Of a DNA stretch of 38,482 nucleotides, positions 8,405 through 17,004 are shown in pieces. The position numbers and the translations under genes were made by a program. This stretch comes from a virus. How positions within the stretch are numbered: the first letter of the stretch is position 1; each line of letters begins with the position of its first letter. The stretch is taken from IMG/VR virus record IMGVR_UViG_3300045988_071605, positions 1 through 38,482 of that record. One strand, given 5' to 3'. A model generated the notes under the pieces. That model searched no databases and had not been told where the DNA came from. It was given only the letters and a program-made list of their open reading frames with translations.

Positions 8405-10260
8405 CTCGCTTGCTCGAAATAAGCCGCCGTTGCGCTTGCAAGCTGAACGGGCGTCTGTGCCGGTGCGTTGATGTACTGATTGATCGTGACGCCGTTTCCT
8501 GCACCGCCGTTACCCTTGCGCCATGCGTCGGCTTCCGATGCCGTCAGCACCGCTTCGCCCTCATGGAGCAGCGCGGGGAAGCCGTTGTAAGGCACAAAGT
8601 CAAGCCCTTTGGCAAAGCCGCTTGTGTCATAGGTTTTGCCGCCACCAGAACCAGAAACCGTAACGCCGACTGTCCTGTTGCTGAAAAGCCCGTCCCAAAG
8701 ACCATTAAACCAGTTTTTCAGCCCCTGCCATGCGTTGGAAATGCCCTCTTTGATCTTGTCAACGACCTGCTGACCGACATTGACAATGCTGCCCCACATT
8801 TCGCCGACGCCTTCAACGATGGTCGTTATGATCTCACCGGCAGATTTGCCAAGCGTGAAAAGGTTGTCGGCGATACCGGAAACGATCTGCACAACGATTT
8901 CAGCCGCAGACAACAGAAGCTGCGGCGCGGCTGCGATCAGTTCCTGCACCAGCCTTGAAATGATCGTCGGCGCTTGCGCAATCAGAATCGGAAGCGCAGC
9001 GATAAGCCCTTCAGCCAGCGCGGAAATAAGATCGACCGCCGCATCAACAAGAAGGTTGACATTTTCTACAAGCGTCATCACGATCTGCAAAACGACATCA
9101 ACGATTGTCGGAATCAGCGTCGGAAGGCTCTGTGAAATGCCCGCTGCCAGAGCAAGGATAAGCTGACCGGCGGACGAAACGACAACCGGCAAGCTCGAAA
9201 TCAGCGCCGTAATCAGCGTGTTAATGATCTGCGGCGCGGTTTGCGTGATGACCGGCAAAATGGTTGCAAGAATCGCCGGAAGCTGACTGCCAAGGCTGTC
9301 AATCAGCGTGACAATGCTGTCAATGATGCTCGGCAAAAGCTGATTGATAAGCGGCGGGATTTCCGGCGCGAGCTGCGCGACAAGCTGCGAAATGCCCGTT
9401 GTCAGGCTTGGCAAAATGTCGCCGATTGCCTTTGCGAGAAGTCCGGCAGAATTTACGACCGTACCAACAAGCGCGTCTATGCTGCCTGTTCCGGTCAGCC
9501 AGTTATCCCACGCGGCTTTTGTGGATGCAAGACTGCCCTGAATGGTTGTTGCCGCTTCTTGCGCCGTTGTGCCTGTGATTCCCATTTCCGTCTGGACGTC
9601 GTGAATGGCGCTGACAATGTCGGCATAACTGTCTATGCTGTATTTTGTCATGTTGCCCTGCGCAGCGTTCAAGGCGTTTGCATCGTCAATCAGACGCTGC
9701 ATTTCCTCTTTCGTTCCGCCATAGCCGAGCTTCAGGTTGTCCAGCATGGTGTAATTCTGCTTTGCAAAACCGGCATAAGCGTTCTGGATGGATTCCATGC
9801 TTGAACCCATCTTGTTTGCGTTGTCCGACATATCAATGACCGCCATGTTGCCGATCTCTGCCGCTTTTTCCGTGTCACCGCCCAAAGACTGAAGCAGGGA
9901 CGCAGAAAAGCTTGTGACCGTCTCCATGTAGTCATTGGCAGACAGACCAGCGGTCTTGTAGGCGTTGTTTGCATATTCAAGGACTTTCGCGCTGCTATCC
10001 TTGAAAAGCGTTTCCACGCCGCCGACAAGCTGTTCATATTCGGCATAGTTTTCAACGGCGGATTTTGTAAGCGCGGCGATTCCGGTTGCTGCTGCGCCGA
10101 TTGCCGCAAGGGACGCTTTGCCGACAGTTTTTGCAACAGAACCAAAGAATTTTCCTATCTTTTCGCTTGCTTCTTTGGATTTTTTCGTCGTGTTATCAAG
10201 CTCTTTGTGTGCATCTTTGTTGTTAATGGCGATTGTGCCGAATATCTTAAATAATTCCAA
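8392..10260 (-). CDS. Tape measure protein 2 (TP901-family core)
   Basis: TTG start 5 nt after AGAAGGTGAAGG. Core motifs YAEYEQLVGGVETLF, DMSDNANKMGSSMESIQNAYAGFAKQNYTMLDNLKLGYGGTKEEM; long helical LP..I repeats; C-terminal FVPYNGFPALLHEGEAVLTASEA. Confidence 0.9.
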   Translation of the reverse strand: MELFKIFGTIAINNKDAHKELDNTTKKSKEASEKIGKFFGSVAKTVGKASLAAIGAAATGIAALTKSAVENYAEYEQLVGGVETLFKDSSAKVLEYANNAYKTAGLSANDYMETVTSFSASLLQSLGGDTEKAAEIGNMAVIDMSDNANKMGSSMESIQNAYAGFAKQNYTMLDNLKLGYGGTKEEMQRLIDDANALNAAQGNMTKYSIDSYADIVSAIHDVQTEMGITGTTAQEAATTIQGSLASTKAAWDNWLTGTGSIDALVGTVVNSAGLLAKAIGDILPSLTTGISQLVAQLAPEIPPLINQLLPSIIDSIVTLIDSLGSQLPAILATILPVITQTAPQIINTLITALISSLPVVVSSAGQLILALAAGISQSLPTLIPTIVDVVLQIVMTLVENVNLLVDAAVDLISALAEGLIAALPILIAQAPTIISRLVQELIAAAPQLLLSAAEIVVQIVSGIADNLFTLGKSAGEIITTIVEGVGEMWGSIVNVGQQVVDKIKEGISNAWQGLKNWFNGLWDGLFSNRTVGVTVSGSGGGKTYDTSGFAKGLDFVPYNGFPALLHEGEAVLTASEADAWRKGNGGAGNGVTINQYINAPAQTPVQLASATAAYFEQARWAI

Positions 10261-10284
10261 TGACCTTCACCTTCTTTCCGTGAA

Positions 10285-10320
10285 GATAAAATAAAAGAAG
10301 GTCACCGGAAACGTGACCTT
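10285..10320 (-). terminator. Intrinsic terminator between the two tape-measure genes
   Basis: Minus-strand AAGGTCAC-gtttccg-GTGACCTT (8-bp stem) directly after the TMP1 stop, followed by CTTTTATTTTAT. Confidence 0.7.
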
Positions 10321-12060
10321 CTATCGTGTGTTACCCCTCTGGGCATGATTCCATCTATCCGAAAGCTGCATATCTATTGCCGGTGTAAGCTCGCCGACAA
10401 GGACGCCGGAATCAAGCCGTACACCATGCGGCATAGACCGTGCAAGGAAATCAATTAAAAGCTGTGTCTGCTCGATGAGCGTCTTTCTGACGCCCTCATT
10501 CTCACCCCTGACAGCAGTCCGGACATAATCCAGCAGCGTATCAATGGGCGCTATAGCTTCTTTTCCAGCTTCCCCGCCGCCAAGCAGCGTATCGCCAACG
10601 CGCCCGAAGATTGTTGCTTTGTCAAGGATGCCGCCTTCGGCGTTCCACTTGACATTAAAATTCGGAAGCTTGCCTTTTCCGGCGATGCCAAAAGGAGCTT
10701 TTCCGCCTGACACGCTGATCTTCGGGATTTTCAAGTTGCTGAAAATCTTTCCGATACTCAAAGGGAAGAAGCCCTTGATTTTGTCAATGGCGTTCTTTAC
10801 GGCGTCCCGCGCTCCCTCGATCTTGTCAACAATGGCGTCCTTAATGCTGCCGAAGGTGTTCTTCACCTTGGAAACAGCGCTTTTCAAATCGCCAAACTTG
10901 TTTTTGATCCACGCGACCGCTGACGATGTTGCCGATTTGATTTTCTCCCACATCTTCAGCCAGAAGTTGCGGAAGCCTTCGTTGTTTTTCCAAAGGTACA
11001 CGAAAGCCGCCACAAGGCCGATAATAAGCGAGACAATAAGCCCGATTATATTTGCCTTCATTGCCAGATTCAACGCCTTCACGCCGCCTGTGACAAGCTT
11101 CAGCGCGGTCGTGGCCTTGCTCATTATGCTTCCCCACTTCAGCACAAGGACAAACCCGGAAACCGTGACCGTTGCCGCAAGGATACCCGCCGCCCACGCC
11201 TGCACGGTGCTTTTGTTCTGCTTGAACCATTTAATCATGTCCTTTATTTTCGTTATAAAGGATTGGAGCAGGGGAACAGCCGCGGCAACCATTTCAGCGG
11301 TCTTATTCTTGATAGCGGTCAATATAGGTTCGCCGACGCGCCCAAGCTCGGCAAAGGCAGACGATAGCTTTTCATTGGCTCTATTTGCCGCCATAACGTC
11401 TTTATTCGTCTCTTTGTACTGCTCGGACGCTTTCTTATATGTGCCGTTCAGCGTGTCCATAATGAGCTTCTGGCGCTCCTGCTCGGTGCTGCAAGCGTCA
11501 AGTTTTGCCTGAAACTCTTCTTCTCCGATTCCTGCCCAGTTCAGCGCATCGACAAGGCCGCCTGTAAGCTGTCCGGTTTTCGCGGTCTCGTTAGCCGCTT
11601 CTGTCAAGCCCTCAATGGGCAAGCTGTCCCCGAACGTAGCAAAGACGCCGGTGCAAATGTCCGTCCACGTCTGCAAATCCTTTTCGTTATCCGTCATTAC
11701 GGCAAGATGGTTTGCAGCTTCAACCGATACGTCCGTATCGCCAAGGACGGCTTGCAAGTCCTGATACGTCTTTTTTGCCGCTTCGGAAGAATGTCCGTTC
11801 GTGACAAAGGCCGTGTCCAGCTTGCCCATTTCCGTTCTATATTCTCTGGAACTTTCGATTGCTGCTATCCATGCGCCGCCCAAAGCAGCACCGGCAGTCA
11901 GCACGGATTTTCCGATTTTCAGCGCAGATTCTCCGATCTTCTTAAAAGACGAATCGGTTTTCTTGCTTCCGGCTTCCGCTTTGTTCGCGGTATCGTCAAT
12001 GGCTTCTTTCGCCTGTGCATTGTCAACGGCAATCGTGCCGAGCAGCTTGAAAAGTTCCAT
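10321..12060 (-). CDS. Tape measure protein 1 (two central TM helices)
   Basis: Motifs LPIEGLTEAANETAKTGQLTGGLVDALNWAG, TEQERQKLIMDTLN. TM segments AWAAGILAATVTVSGFVLVL and IIGLIVSLIIGLVAAFVYLW. C-terminal GGGEAGKEAIAPI motif. Confidence 0.9.
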   Translation of the reverse strand: MELFKLLGTIAVDNAQAKEAIDDTANKAEAGSKKTDSSFKKIGESALKIGKSVLTAGAALGGAWIAAIESSREYRTEMGKLDTAFVTNGHSSEAAKKTYQDLQAVLGDTDVSVEAANHLAVMTDNEKDLQTWTDICTGVFATFGDSLPIEGLTEAANETAKTGQLTGGLVDALNWAGIGEEEFQAKLDACSTEQERQKLIMDTLNGTYKKASEQYKETNKDVMAANRANEKLSSAFAELGRVGEPILTAIKNKTAEMVAAAVPLLQSFITKIKDMIKWFKQNKSTVQAWAAGILAATVTVSGFVLVLKWGSIMSKATTALKLVTGGVKALNLAMKANIIGLIVSLIIGLVAAFVYLWKNNEGFRNFWLKMWEKIKSATSSAVAWIKNKFGDLKSAVSKVKNTFGSIKDAIVDKIEGARDAVKNAIDKIKGFFPLSIGKIFSNLKIPKISVSGGKAPFGIAGKGKLPNFNVKWNAEGGILDKATIFGRVGDTLLGGGEAGKEAIAPIDTLLDYVRTAVRGENEGVRKTLIEQTQLLIDFLARSMPHGVRLDSGVLVGELTPAIDMQLSDRWNHAQRGNTR

Positions 12061-12100
12061 GTTGCTATCCCCCTAAAAAGTAGGGCAGATAGGGGCTACA

Positions 12101-12810
12101 TTATGCGTCAGGTGGCACAAAATCCATTTCCATTGTGTGCTTCACAATGGCGGCAAGCTCTTCTTTTGTTGCGGTTTTCGGCGGCTGACGGTTCATTGCA
12201 TCGCGGCATTCGGCGTAAGATCGTTCAAAGTCCTTGTGCAGCCAAAATTCCCACGTTGCTTTCTCTTCCAGCTCTTCATTGCGGATGTCCACAAGCTCGG
12301 AAATAAACTCGTCCAGCCGTCCGGTTTTTATCATCTGATCCAGCAGGATCAACGGGCTTGAATAGCGCTGAAACAGCAGGTCAATGAACCGGATGTCATT
12401 CAGCCGAACAGCCCGGCAACATCCTGAAAAAAATCCTTAAATTCCTCTTTCTTGATGACGTCAACGATCATCGAAAGGAAAACGTTCATCGGCAGCGCGG
12501 CAATCTCTTTCTTGCTCATGCCGGACAGCCCGGAAAGAAGCTGATAGATGTCATCCTTGCACTTCGGAACGTTGGCAATGATGACGGACGCCACATCGAC
12601 GGCAACCATCAGCCCCAGCGCCGTGGTGTCGATCTCCGCGCCCTCTGCGCCCTCTTCTTTTTCAGCGGTCATGCTGCGGATCGCCGTGCGCAGCTCTTCC
12701 GATTCAAAGCAGCCCTTGAACTCTTTCAGCCCGATACCGGAAATGATCTTCAGCATCGGGAAAACATCTTCGGCGGTCAGTCCGCGCAGCGTATATGTTT
12801 TTTCGGTCAT
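12101..12810 (-). CDS. Tail assembly chaperone GT-like fusion made by a -1 programmed frameshift
   Basis: The -1 frame is open from the slippery site (12427-12433) through ORF 12101..12352. Hand translation gives ...SGCCRAVRLNDIRFIDLLFQRYSSPLILLDQMIK... with no stop. Confidence 0.7.
12400..12810 (-). CDS. Tail assembly chaperone (G-like, frame-0 product)
   Basis: 136-aa acidic protein between the major tail and tape-measure genes. It ends 25 nt after a T7 slippery run. Confidence 0.85.
   Translation of the reverse strand: MTEKTYTLRGLTAEDVFPMLKIISGIGLKEFKGCFESEELRTAIRSMTAEKEEGAEGAEIDTTALGLMVAVDVASVIIANVPKCKDDIYQLLSGLSGMSKKEIAALPMNVFLSMIVDVIKKEEFKDFFQDVAGLFG
12427..12433 (-). promoter_or_regulatory. 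-1 ribosomal frameshift slippery heptamer T TTT TTT
   Basis: Minus-strand GAT TTT TTT CAG in frame 0 (7 consecutive T). Canonical position at the 3' end of the chaperone gene. Confidence 0.7.
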
Positions 12811-12846
12811 GTATTAAAACCCCTTCAGAATTTTTATAGGATGTTG

Positions 12847-12874
12847 AAAAAGGCAGAGCCGAAGCCCTGCCTTT
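12847..12874 (-). terminator. Intrinsic terminator after the major tail protein gene
   Basis: Minus-strand GGCAGGGC-ttcg-GCTCTGCC stem with a tetraloop, followed by TTTTTC. Confidence 0.75.
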
Positions 12875-12878
12875 CTGT

Positions 12879-13460
12879 TCAGGTGGAAGCCTTGGGATAG
12901 TAGATGTGCCAAGGCAGCTTGTCCAGCTCGCCGGTCAGCTCGGCATAGCATTCAAAGGTATACTTGCCGACAGCGCCTTCCTTGTTCTTGCCTTCCTGCT
13001 CAAAGCCGGACGTGACAAGGGCATTGTCCAGAATGGCGATGATATTTTCGCCTTCCAGCGTCTTGCCGACAAAGGCGATATTTTCCCAATAGTCGCCCGT
13101 GGCAATGTTGGACTTGCTTTCGATGACGTCAAAATTGGTGGCGTCGGCAGAAGTTCCTTCCGCGCCGAAGGTCGCCGCCTTGATGATGTCTTTCGTCAGC
13201 TCAATGAAGTTGACTTCCATACTCGCGGTTTCGCCGGTTTTCGCGGCAAGCCCCTTCGTTTTCACCAGAACGCCGTCAACCTCAATGTTGGTAATCTCCG
13301 GGATAATGGACAGCTTAGAGCCGCCCGAAGTAGCGCCGACAAGGGACGCTTCATAGTTCCACGCATTGGACGTGTATTTCAGTCCTTTGTGGATCGTGCC
13401 AGCACCGAAAAGAATGCTTTTCGTCGTGTTTTCGGTCACGCCGTGTTTGCCAGTAATCAT
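12879..13460 (-). CDS. Major tail protein
   Basis: Start refined to ATG13460 (ATGA overlap with the upstream stop, GGAG RBS). 193 aa, upstream of the chaperone pair. No sheath gene is present. Confidence 0.8.
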   Translation of the reverse strand: MITGKHGVTENTTKSILFGAGTIHKGLKYTSNAWNYEASLVGATSGGSKLSIIPEITNIEVDGVLVKTKGLAAKTGETASMEVNFIELTKDIIKAATFGAEGTSADATNFDVIESKSNIATGDYWENIAFVGKTLEGENIIAILDNALVTSGFEQEGKNKEGAVGKYTFECYAELTGELDKLPWHIYYPKAST

Positions 13461-13852
13461 ATGTTCACACTCCATTCCTGCACGGATAGATTGATCTGGA
13501 TGCTTTTCAACCGCGCATCCTCTTTCGGGATAATCAAGGCGATGTCATAAAAAATAGCCACGGCTGAACCATCGTCAGCCATGACCGTTTTTCCGCTCAC
13601 CTTGTTAAAATAGGATTCGATTTTTGCCTTTGCCGTTTCAAGCTCCTGCCATGTCCCCCGGTGGAAGCCGGTCAGCATGATCGTTGCCGTCTGCTGTCCA
13701 TCCTCATTCATCGGCGGGCTTTCGATGTACTCACCCACGAAATACGGATAGACGATCTTTCCGGCAGCGTTCCCGGCGTAAGAGCCGAAGCCGTAGGCAA
13801 TGTCAAGGGATTTCATGGCGGCAGAAACGATTTCAAGCGGTTTCGTTGTCAT
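13457..13852 (-). CDS. Tail terminator / tail completion protein
   Basis: 131 aa, located between the gp10-like gene and the major tail gene. The call is positional. Confidence 0.65.
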   Translation of the reverse strand: MTTKPLEIVSAAMKSLDIAYGFGSYAGNAAGKIVYPYFVGEYIESPPMNEDGQQTATIMLTGFHRGTWQELETAKAKIESYFNKVSGKTVMADDGSAVAIFYDIALIIPKEDARLKSIQINLSVQEWSVNI

Positions 13853-14259
13853 TTGCCCAGCTCCTTAAAGATTTCCTTCGCCCTGCGGATGATCGCGGCT
13901 TTCGTACCTTCAAACGCTCTCTGAAGCGTCCGGTTCGGCTTTTTGCCTTTGGTATGATGCCAGTCACCGGCGTCATCCTGATACGACCAGCCGCCTTTTC
14001 TGCCGTCTCCGGCTGCGGCATATTCGCCCGTGCCGAACTCTTCCCAAATGGCATTTTCCAGCGGACTTCCGATTTTGGCTTCTTTGGCGGATTCATTCAC
14101 TTGATGATTCCACGAGCCTTTCAACTGTCCGCTGTCAACGCGGGAATTACGCCTTGCGGCTGATTCAACCTCGGACGCGGCTTCTTCCAGAAAAGCAAGC
14201 GCCTTGTCATCCAGCGCGTCCTTGACCTGAATGCTGAAGTCCTGAAACTGTACAGACAT
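13849..14259 (-). CDS. HK97 gp10-family head-tail joining protein
   Basis: Motifs SGQLKGSWNHQV and WEEFGTGEYA are typical of the HK97 gp10 family. Confidence 0.8.
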   Translation of the reverse strand: MSVQFQDFSIQVKDALDDKALAFLEEAASEVESAARRNSRVDSGQLKGSWNHQVNESAKEAKIGSPLENAIWEEFGTGEYAAAGDGRKGGWSYQDDAGDWHHTKGKKPNRTLQRAFEGTKAAIIRRAKEIFKELGK

Positions 14260-14260
14260 T

Positions 14261-14605
14261 TTACTGTCCCCCTGTGAACTTCAGATAGATTTCAAGCTGC
14301 GAGCCGCTGCCCATTTCCATAGGATTGTCAATCAGCAGAATGTCATAGAACTTGCCGTTGATAACCATTCGGGAATTTTCCGCAGCGATGCCGGACGCGA
14401 GCGCCACATAGTCAGCAACGAAAACGTGTGTGCTTTCCTGCAACTTCGCATTGTAGGTCAAGTATTTGCTGTCCCCGGCAGTTAGGTCAAGCCAGCCTTT
14501 CAGCGTTTGGGCGTCTGCCCATGTCTTGACCTGTTCGCCAATGGCGTTCTGTTCGGTCGTAGCCGTCTGGATAACCGCCGTGATGTTGCCGCTAATGCCT
14601 TTCAT
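14261..14605 (-). CDS. Head closure / head-tail adaptor protein (SPP1 gp16-like)
   Basis: 114 aa. Size, position and the pattern ...THVFVADY...INGKFYDILLIDNP fit the family. Confidence 0.75.
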   Translation of the reverse strand: MKGISGNITAVIQTATTEQNAIGEQVKTWADAQTLKGWLDLTAGDSKYLTYNAKLQESTHVFVADYVALASGIAAENSRMVINGKFYDILLIDNPMEMGSGSQLEIYLKFTGGQ

Positions 14606-15153
14606 ACTCTCAACCCCTGTCCGAATCGGGCTTTCATATAGGGCTTCAGAAAGCCCGTCAGAGACTTCGGAAAGCCCATAGAGGAATTATCCCCGTCCAT
14701 GTTGAAATACGTCACAGAATGCCGGGAAATCGTCTCTGACTGAACGCCTACCTTGTCGCCGTTGTCAAGCTGCCATTTGACCATGTTCGCAACGCCCAGC
14801 TTAACGTCCATCGGATAGACAACCTTCGTGATGACAACGCCGCTTTCGTCATACAGATCTTCTTTCACGGTAATGACGCCGTTGGAAGATGTTCTGACAT
14901 TGACAAGACCGGCGTTCAACTCGGATTCCGTAATCTGCAACGTGTCCCCGGCTTTGAAGGGATTGTTTACCGCAGTCACAAGCTGATGACCGGAAGATGT
15001 AGCCACGGCAACCGCCCGGAAAGCTCTTTTCTGGAAGTTGTTATTGGTATATGCCCGGATCAACAGTTCAAGCGCTGAAAGACGTGCTTCCAGCGCCTGA
15101 TCCGTTTCATCCGTTGTCACAAACTGCCGCAGTTCGGCAACGGTCATTATCAT
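14602..15153 (-). CDS. gp6-like head-tail connector protein
   Basis: N-terminus TVAELRQFVTTDETDQALEARLSALELLIRAYTNNNF is typical of Phage_connect_1. It lies directly after the capsid gene. Confidence 0.8.
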   Translation of the reverse strand: MIMTVAELRQFVTTDETDQALEARLSALELLIRAYTNNNFQKRAFRAVAVATSSGHQLVTAVNNPFKAGDTLQITESELNAGLVNVRTSSNGVITVKEDLYDESGVVITKVVYPMDVKLGVANMVKWQLDNGDKVGVQSETISRHSVTYFNMDGDNSSMGFPKSLTGFLKPYMKARFGQGLRV

Positions 15154-15164
15154 GTGTTTCTACC

Positions 15165-16157
15165 TCACGCCTTGAAACGCGCAAGCACAAGCTTTGCGTC
15201 GTTGGTCTTGGCGACGCCGTAGTAACGGGCGGCGGTGATGTCATGCTGCTGCTTCTTCGGGAACCACTCGTGATCCACCTGCGTGTCTTTCTTCAGGAAG
15301 ATCGTGATCGCCGGAAGCTCGGCTTCGGTGTACTCGGTTTCGGCGCTGTCCGGCTCCATCTTGATGATCGGGCAGAGGTAATACTTGCTTGCAGCAGCCA
15401 GTTCTTTGACCTTGTTGGACGTGGTCAGCGTGACGGACGGATCAACCTTCGCCTGATACTCGGCAATATTGTCCGCAGAAATCTGGACAGTTCCGTTGGA
15501 ATCGTCCACTTCGTAGGACACCAGACGCACCTTCTTGGACTTCTTGACCCAGCAACCGGCAATCTTGCCGATAGCGCCGTTGACAGCCACGCCAGCCGTG
15601 AACTTATCAGCGGAGAGGAAGGAAGAATCCTTCAGCAGCGCCGCTTCCTGCTTGGGATGAATGAACATCACCTTTTCAATGCCGTCCTCTTCGTCCTCAA
15701 ACTTTGTGACAGCATCGACAACGCCGTTATACGCGATGGTGGCAAGCGTAGTCGGGGCAACAACGACGCTGCCCTTGTAGGCGGCGTCAAGAACGTCGTT
15801 GTCCACCTTACCGGCAATCGCCTTGGAAAGCTGGGATTCAGCCTGACCGACCGGATCACCGAGACCGGAATTGATCGCTTCCTGCGTGATGCCCACGGCT
15901 TTCATTGCCTTCTTGATGCTGAACGTGGTGCTGGAAGCGGTCATCTGGCTAAGACCGACTTCGCCGCCCTCGGCGACATCTTCCGCGTCGCCAATATAGT
16001 TCCAGCTCGGAACGGTCTTGGTATCGCCGGGGACGCCCTGAAGCGTGGTGTCAACCTTCGCATAGGGCGTGATTTTCAGAAGCGCTTCGATCTTCGCGTT
16101 GATCATGTCGCCCATGACCTGCGGATTGATGATGTTTTCAAGTTTCGTGATAGCCAT
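15165..16157 (-). CDS. Major capsid protein (HK97 fold, scaffold-dependent type)
   Basis: 330 aa following the scaffold gene. N-terminus MAITKLENIINPQVMGDMINAKIE is typical of Firmicutes siphovirus capsid proteins. Confidence 0.9.
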   Translation of the reverse strand: MAITKLENIINPQVMGDMINAKIEALLKITPYAKVDTTLQGVPGDTKTVPSWNYIGDAEDVAEGGEVGLSQMTASSTTFSIKKAMKAVGITQEAINSGLGDPVGQAESQLSKAIAGKVDNDVLDAAYKGSVVVAPTTLATIAYNGVVDAVTKFEDEEDGIEKVMFIHPKQEAALLKDSSFLSADKFTAGVAVNGAIGKIAGCWVKKSKKVRLVSYEVDDSNGTVQISADNIAEYQAKVDPSVTLTTSNKVKELAAASKYYLCPIIKMEPDSAETEYTEAELPAITIFLKKDTQVDHEWFPKKQQHDITAARYYGVAKTNDAKLVLARFKA

Positions 16158-16179
16158 AGTGTTTTACCTTACCTTTCTG

Positions 16180-16833
16180 TTACGATCCCATAGCCGCATT
16201 GTAGGCTTCGGGATTCTCATTGAAGATTTTCATTCGGTCTGCGTAGGACATTTTGAGCAAAGATTCTTTCGTGACGGAATCGCCGCCCTGACCGTCCGGA
16301 AGTTTGTTTTCAACGACTTTCTTCTTTCCGGCACTTTCAAACTGATTCGGGAACTGCGTTTTCAGACCGACCAGCTTGTCATCCATGCCCTTGACTTTTC
16401 CGTTTTCGTCAAGCGTCAGCTCTTCCGGCTTGTACTTCTCACGCAGCTTGAACGCCAGATAGTCAGGATCGACCGCCTTTGCGTCACGAAGGGCAAGCTG
16501 GATCGCATTTTCAAGCTTCGTCTTTTCAAGCTCTGCCTGAAGCTGCTGCACCTGCGTTTCATAGCCGGTGATCTTGCCCTGCAATTCCTCATTGCCTTTC
16601 GTGCCTTTCTTCAGCTCGGCAATCAGGCCGTTGGCCGTGTCAAGCTCGGCGGCCTTGCCGTCAAGCTGCGCCTGAAGCGCGTCATATTTGCCCTTGCCGA
16701 CATACTCACCGCCGCCAAGATTGGCAAGCTTGATCTGCTTGTCCTTATTCGCTTCGCTGCCGTTGTAGGCGTTGACCGCCGTTTCAAACTGCTTGAAAAG
16801 CTCTTCGCCCAAAATCTCTTTCAGAAATTCCAT
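16180..16833 (-). CDS. Scaffolding protein (GP20-like)
   Basis: 217 aa, highly charged and coiled-coil. N-terminus MEFLKEILGEELFKQFETAV. Positioned upstream of the capsid gene. Confidence 0.85.
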   Translation of the reverse strand: MEFLKEILGEELFKQFETAVNAYNGSEANKDKQIKLANLGGGEYVGKGKYDALQAQLDGKAAELDTANGLIAELKKGTKGNEELQGKITGYETQVQQLQAELEKTKLENAIQLALRDAKAVDPDYLAFKLREKYKPEELTLDENGKVKGMDDKLVGLKTQFPNQFESAGKKKVVENKLPDGQGGDSVTKESLLKMSYADRMKIFNENPEAYNAAMGS

Positions 16834-16950
16834 TGTGTATACCTTCCTTTGTCGTTGTTTTTAATCGCGGTGTCACCGCAGACAAGCGCCTGTTTAAGCG
16901 TCCGGCGCAAGGACGATCTTGAACGGTTTAAACGTCTCGTTCAGGACTAT

Positions 16951-16990
16951 GAAAAAAGCAGCTATTCGGAATTTCCGAACAACTGCTTTA
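16951..16990 (-). terminator. Intrinsic terminator after the endolysin gene
   Basis: Interrupted hairpin AGCAG..TTCGGA-aat-TCCGAA..CTGCT, followed by TTTTTTC on the minus strand. Confidence 0.7.
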
Positions 16991-17004
16991 ATCTGTTTTT
17001 TCGG

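Noticed and set aside
8800-9400. Repetitive LP..I / helical segment of TMP2 considered as a DNA-level tandem repeat
   Set aside because: The periodicity is at the amino-acid level only, which is typical of tape-measure helical repeats. No exact nucleotide repeats were seen.
15051-16193. 380-aa plus-strand ORF antisense to the capsid gene, with similar cases at 20158..21405, 5618..6574, 10544..11512 and 33723..34733
   Set aside because: All lie opposite well-supported minus-strand genes, lack SD sequences, and translate to Arg/Leu-rich junk. They are treated as antisense shadows.
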